Shown here: one piece after another, positions 57,033 through 61,387 of the stretch
How the letters are laid out: the number at the start of each line of letters is the position of its first letter
How positions within the stretch are numbered: position 1 is the first letter of the stretch
NCBI GenBank assembly: GCA_030747035.1
Contig: JASLLM010000002.1
Span: 1-61,387, forward strand
Source: Alphaproteobacteria bacterium
Lineage (GTDB): Bacteria > Pseudomonadota > Alphaproteobacteria > GCA-2731375
Direction of reading: 5' to 3'
DNA length: 61,387 nt
Position numbers and translations under genes: made by a program
Notes under the pieces: model-generated
What the model was told of the DNA's origin: nothing
Databases searched by the model: none
What the model saw: the letters and a program-made list of their open reading frames with translations, nothing else

Positions 57033-58460
57033 ATGGCAGACATTGCGCAACGAAATCGCTCAACCAAGATTATTGCCACCCTGGGACCCGCCAGCAGCGC
57101 GCCGGAGACAATCGCCAGCCTGCATACGGCCGGGGCGGATCTGTTCCGGCTGAACTTCAGCCATGGCGCCCACGAGGATCATTTGGCCAGTTTGCAGGCC
57201 ATCCGCGAGGTCGAGCAATCAGCCGGCGTGCCTATCGGTGTCATGGCGGATCTGCAAGGGCCGAAAATTCGCATTGGCACCATTGATGGCGGCGGGATCG
57301 ATCTCGCCGACGGAGCAACCTACCGGTTTGATTTGACCGATCGGCCTGGCGATGAAAAGCGGGCGCCACTGCCCCATCCGGAAGTCTTTGCCGCCCTGGA
57401 AGAGGGCATGGATCTTTTGATCGACGACGGCCGCCTGCGTCTAACCGTTGGCAAAATTGGCGATGATTTCGCGGACTGCGAGGTGGTGACCGGTGGCCAC
57501 CTAAGTGACCGCAAGGGCGTCAACCTACCGCAGGCATTGTTGCCCATGGGGGCGATGACAGCGAAGGATCAGGCGGATTTGCTGTTTGCCCTGGACGCCG
57601 GGGTGGACTGGGTGGCGCTGTCATTCGTGCAACGTCCCGATGATATCGCCGAGGCCCGGCGTCTGATCGCCGGCCGGGCGGCCGTAATGGCCAAGATCGA
57701 GAAGCCCGCGGCCCTGCATCAGATTGACGAGATAATCGAGCTGGCGGACGCGGTGATGGTGGCCCGGGGCGACCTTGGCGTGGAGCTGCCGGTGGAAGAG
57801 GTTCCCGCCCTGCAGAAGGATTTAGTGCGCCGGGCCCGGCGCACCGGTAAGCCGGTGGTGGTGGCGACCCAGATGTTGGAAAGCATGGTCAGCGCACCCG
57901 TGCCCACACGGGCCGAAGTGTCCGACGTCGCGACCGCGGTCTATGACGGTGCCGATGCGGTCATGCTGTCGGGCGAGACGGCATCGGGCGATTATCCGGT
58001 GGCCGCGGTCGAGGTCATGGACCGGGTCGCGGCCAAGGTGGAAAGCGACCCGGGCTATCGCAATATCATGGATGCCGAACATGCCGATCCAGAGGCGACA
58101 TCCGCCGACGCCATAACGGCGGCGGCCCGGCAAGTTGCTGAAACCATCTCTGCCTCCGCCATCGTGACCTATACCACCTCCGGCTCCACAGCCTTGCGGG
58201 CAGCGCGGGAACGCCCGCCCGTGCCAACACTGGTATTGACACCAAGCCTGATTACGGCCCGCCGCCTGGCGGTGGCCTGGGGCCTTAGCTGCGTACACAG
58301 TGCCGACGCTTCCGGCTTCACCGATATGGTGGACCGAGCCTGTCGCGCGGCGGCGGATCGGGGTATTGCGGTAACCGGCGACCGTCTGGTGATTACCGCC
58401 GGTGTCCCTTTCGGGACGCCCGGCGCGACCAACAGTCTACGCATTGCATGGGTGCCCTAG
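57033..58460 (+). CDS. pyk: Pyruvate kinase
   Basis: TKIIATLGPAS, RLNFSHG, DLQGPK, MVARGDLG, ATQMLES. Confidence 0.97.
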   Translation: MADIAQRNRSTKIIATLGPASSAPETIASLHTAGADLFRLNFSHGAHEDHLASLQAIREVEQSAGVPIGVMADLQGPKIRIGTIDGGGIDLADGATYRFDLTDRPGDEKRAPLPHPEVFAALEEGMDLLIDDGRLRLTVGKIGDDFADCEVVTGGHLSDRKGVNLPQALLPMGAMTAKDQADLLFALDAGVDWVALSFVQRPDDIAEARRLIAGRAAVMAKIEKPAALHQIDEIIELADAVMVARGDLGVELPVEEVPALQKDLVRRARRTGKPVVVATQMLESMVSAPVPTRAEVSDVATAVYDGADAVMLSGETASGDYPVAAVEVMDRVAAKVESDPGYRNIMDAEHADPEATSADAITAAARQVAETISASAIVTYTTSGSTALRAARERPPVPTLVLTPSLITARRLAVAWGLSCVHSADASGFTDMVDRACRAAADRGIAVTGDRLVITAGVPFGTPGATNSLRIAWVP

Positions 58461-58487
58461 AGGCGTTTACCCCGGGCTTGGACAAGG

Positions 58488-59045
58488 CTAGATATTTTCG
58501 CCCTTGACCTTTCGGCGCAGGCGTTTGACTTCTACCTTGGCCTGCCCCAGATGGGGATTCACGGTCAGGGCCCGTTCAAATGCGTCCAGGGCCGCGGCCT
58601 CGTCCTTCAGGCGGCTATAAATCAATCCCAAGCCGCTCAAGGCACCGAAATGGCGGGGTTCCAGGTCAAGGGTGCGCTCCACATCTTCTATGGAATCGTT
58701 ATACCGGCCCAGCATGAAATGCACGGTGGCCCGTTTGTTCCAGCCTTCGGCATAATTGGGCGCAATGGCAACCACGCTGTTCAATAATTCCAGGGCCTCG
58801 CCAAGCTTCTGCTTGCCCATGGCATTGACGACCCGCCCCATGAGTAATTGCAGGGTTGGACTCTTACTCTCCAACCAGACGCCCCATATTAGCTGCTCGA
58901 TCAGGCGGGCCTGGCGTGGGCCATCGACGTCGTGCAACTGCACGAACAGTTGATCCAGCCGCGGATCGGTTTGATCCGCCCGCGCACCGGCTCCGCCAAG
59001 TGCCAGCGCCAGGAAAAGGGATAGGCAAAGAACGATCCTGTTCAT
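58488..59045 (-). CDS. Exported TPR protein
   Basis: Signal peptide, EGWNKRAT, LEPRHFGALSGLG. Confidence 0.85.
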   Translation of the reverse strand: MNRIVLCLSLFLALALGGAGARADQTDPRLDQLFVQLHDVDGPRQARLIEQLIWGVWLESKSPTLQLLMGRVVNAMGKQKLGEALELLNSVVAIAPNYAEGWNKRATVHFMLGRYNDSIEDVERTLDLEPRHFGALSGLGLIYSRLKDEAAALDAFERALTVNPHLGQAKVEVKRLRRKVKGENI

Positions 59046-59165
59046 GGGCCGATGATAGATTCAGGGATCGTGACAAGCCAGGGGGCAGCGCCCAAACATG
59101 TTCATTTTGTTGTGAATGCGGACCCCTCTGGTCCGTCCCGCGCCGGATGCGCCTAGGCGGCCGGA

Positions 59166-60275
59166 TCAGGAAGCGGCGCCTTGAAAGGGTGTCAGTTTGG
59201 CGATCAGGGATTCAGGCTTGCCGGCAACCAGGTCCGGATAGTGCGACCGGCAGTTTTCTATCAGTTGGGCCTGAAATGTCTCGCGGCCCTCAACACTGTC
59301 CGGATCTTCGATTTTGGTACGAAGCCGATATGCGGTCGCGATGACTTCGGTAACGCTGCGCGGCAATTTGGCCGCCTTGCACAGGGCGGCCGCACCTTTT
59401 GGATCGCCGCCAGCGATTAACGCATGCACGTTGGCCTGATCGATTCCGGCCCGCCGAGCGGCTGAAGTTTCGAAAAACCCCAGATGTCCATTACAGAGCG
59501 AACGGAGAATCAAGGTTTGGCTCAGGCGGCCCTTAATGTCCAATTGGCGGATCAATTGCTCCAGTTGCGCCTGGCGTTCCGCCGGATCCGCAATTTCCAG
59601 GGTCATGTTTTCCTGGCCGCGTGCGATCAGATAGTCGGTGATTTCCGGGGACAGGTCGGTCATGGCCGTCAGGCGCTGACGGAGGGTTTCCGACACGACC
59701 GTGATTAGCCGCTCCGCAAGTCTGGGTGGGAAATTGGGCCGGCGGATCAGGCCGGTCGTCACTGCCTCGCTGCCCGAGAAACGATCGATCACCTTGCTTG
59801 AAGTGTCATCGGATATTTCCGCGCCGTGGTTATGGACAAGCGTGACAACGACATTCTCGCTACCCGCCTCGACCAACGCATCAGAAACGGGCGCCGAAAT
59901 TTTTTCCCGCCGCGCCACAGCCTGCTGCCAGGCCTCGGGCTGACTGCGGGCAATTTCGATCAACTCCTGGTCGGTGAAGACCAGTGAATAGTGCAGCATT
60001 GGGGTCGCCACTTCCGCGACATCGCGGGCCAATGCCATTGCCAGGTCGGAAGGTACGGCGGGATTATCCTTCAAACCTTCCGCCAAGGCGCGGCGTACGG
60101 CCACATCCGTGTCGCGCATCATGATACGAAAAATTGCCTCGGCCAGGCGCTGTTCAGCCGGTTGCACCCCCGGGCTATTGAATTCCGCCGTCAACAAGGT
60201 CACGGTTTCACGGCGCACCTCGGGCGAGCCTTCCTCGCGAAGACGGGTAATCAAATCGGCGGTTAACTGCGCCAT
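59166..60275 (-). CDS. DUF2336 family protein
   Basis: VRRALAE.LK, LARDVAEVA.P.L..S.V.TD..L helical repeat pattern. Confidence 0.78.
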   Translation of the reverse strand: MAQLTADLITRLREEGSPEVRRETVTLLTAEFNSPGVQPAEQRLAEAIFRIMMRDTDVAVRRALAEGLKDNPAVPSDLAMALARDVAEVATPMLHYSLVFTDQELIEIARSQPEAWQQAVARREKISAPVSDALVEAGSENVVVTLVHNHGAEISDDTSSKVIDRFSGSEAVTTGLIRRPNFPPRLAERLITVVSETLRQRLTAMTDLSPEITDYLIARGQENMTLEIADPAERQAQLEQLIRQLDIKGRLSQTLILRSLCNGHLGFFETSAARRAGIDQANVHALIAGGDPKGAAALCKAAKLPRSVTEVIATAYRLRTKIEDPDSVEGRETFQAQLIENCRSHYPDLVAGKPESLIAKLTPFQGAAS

Positions 60276-60361
60276 TTCAAAGCCTCAAGGTCAATCCGTC
60301 CGTCCGGGCGCCAAAAAATACTCCAGGCGTCCCATGAACAGACCATTAAGGCATCGAAGTT

Positions 60362-60377
60362 GTTAATATTTCATCAA
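60362..60377 (-). promoter_or_regulatory. Candidate CtrA box
   Basis: Minus strand TTGA-TGAAATA-TTAAC (one mismatch), upstream of the DUF2336 gene. Confidence 0.45.
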
Positions 60378-60420
60378 GACAATTACTATCTGTAATAGTT
60401 TTACCAAACTCTCCCGGACA

Positions 60421-61387
60421 TTACCGAGCCGCCGCCAGGCGGGCCGCCGGGCGTTCATCAATCGGCAAGTGTACCAGGGCGGCAAACAGACCCAGGGCCA
60501 CGCCAAGCCACCAGACGACATCGTAGGAACCGGTCTCGTCGTACAGTTTGCCACCCAGCCAAACACCCAGAAACGACCCGACCTGATGCGACAGAAAGAC
60601 AAAACCAAACAACGTCGCCATATAGCGCGGGCCGAACACCTGGGCCACGATACCGGAGGTCAGGGGCACCGTTGACAGCCAGGTCAGGCCGATGGCGGCG
60701 GAAAAAAGCAGGACCGTCAACGGGCCGATCGGCAGCATTATGAACAGGGCAATGGCCACGGCACGGCCGAGATAAAGCAGACTCAGCAGATTCTTCTTTT
60801 GAAAACGGTTGCCCAGCACGCCAGCGCCGATCGCGCCGAATATGTTGAACAGACCAACCAGCGCCAAGGATTGGGCCCCCAGCTCCGCTGAAAGCCCCTG
60901 ATCGGTGATATAGGCCGGTAAATGGGTGCCGATAAAGGCGATGTGGAAACCACAGACAAAGAAGCCCGCGGTCAAATACAAATAGCCCGAATGTTGCCGT
61001 GCCTCGGTCAGGGCCTGGCCCATGGACTGCTTTTGACCATCAGGCGCTTCCTCGGTGCGGCCGCGCATGACCGTACTCAAGGGTATAACCAGCGCGATTA
61101 TCAGAGCCAGCAACGTCAGTGCCGTCGGCCAGCCGTAGGCCGAAAGAAATGCCTGTCCCATGGGCACCAGCAGGAACTGCCCCATGGAACCGGCCGCGGT
61201 GCAAATACCAAAGGCCAGATTGCGCCGTGCCTCGGGCACCATGCGGCCAAGGGCGGCGAGAACCAGGGGAAAGGCGGATCCCGACATGCCCAGGCCAACC
61301 AGCAGGCCGCCCGTGACATGGAACATGGAAGGGCTGCCGGCGTGCGCCATGCCATAAATACCCAAGCCATAGAGCAATCCGCCCGCC
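60421..61387 (-). CDS. MFS transporter (5' part outside the window)
   Basis: GFFVCGFH, WLSTVPLT, SHQVGSFLG; the reading frame appears to continue past the window edge. Confidence 0.88.
   Translation of the reverse strand, partial: AGGLLYGLGIYGMAHAGSPSMFHVTGGLLVGLGMSGSAFPLVLAALGRMVPEARRNLAFGICTAAGSMGQFLLVPMGQAFLSAYGWPTALTLLALIIALVIPLSTVMRGRTEEAPDGQKQSMGQALTEARQHSGYLYLTAGFFVCGFHIAFIGTHLPAYITDQGLSAELGAQSLALVGLFNIFGAIGAGVLGNRFQKKNLLSLLYLGRAVAIALFIMLPIGPLTVLLFSAAIGLTWLSTVPLTSGIVAQVFGPRYMATLFGFVFLSHQVGSFLGVWLGGKLYDETGSYDVVWWLGVALGLFAALVHLPIDERPAARLAAAR

Noticed and set aside
1-61387. CRISPR arrays, tRNA/rRNA genes, IS elements, integrases
   Set aside because: No spaced direct repeats, cloverleaf motifs or transposase/recombinase ORFs were seen by eye. 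Short RNAs could have been missed.

Overview
GC-rich alphaproteobacterial chromosome segment, judged from CtrA-type, DUF1674, DUF1244 and DUF2336 genes and the ubiE/mutM, rsmB-rpe-heparinase and argD-argF-hslO neighbourhoods. Most of it is housekeeping: ubiE, mutM, a contiguous ccmABCDE-(2-hydroxyacid dehydrogenase)-FGHI operon, rpiA, rpe, rsmB, pmbA, argD/argF/argE, hslO, pgm-ugd-galU, leucine dehydrogenase, ttuD-pyk and several transporters. Two regions stand out. (1) At 35.7-42.0 kb, an MFP gene precedes a full RND permease fused in frame to a TRAP small subunit (DctQ), followed by a DctM gene. No DctP or outer-membrane channel gene is in the window. (2) The left 6 kb is accessory. It holds an exported CGxxGC protein, two partial and mutually homologous acidic ORFs (684 and 5142), a 5'-damaged holin-like gene coupled to a GH24 lysozyme, a CtrA paralog lacking its DNA-binding helix, and a structured leader. 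Also notable are a degenerate HD-GYP sensor, an (R)-amine-transaminase-like enzyme, candidate CtrA boxes and several apparently leaderless promoters. No tRNA, rRNA, CRISPR array, integrase or transposase was recognised. All calls are by-eye motif recognition; no searches were run.
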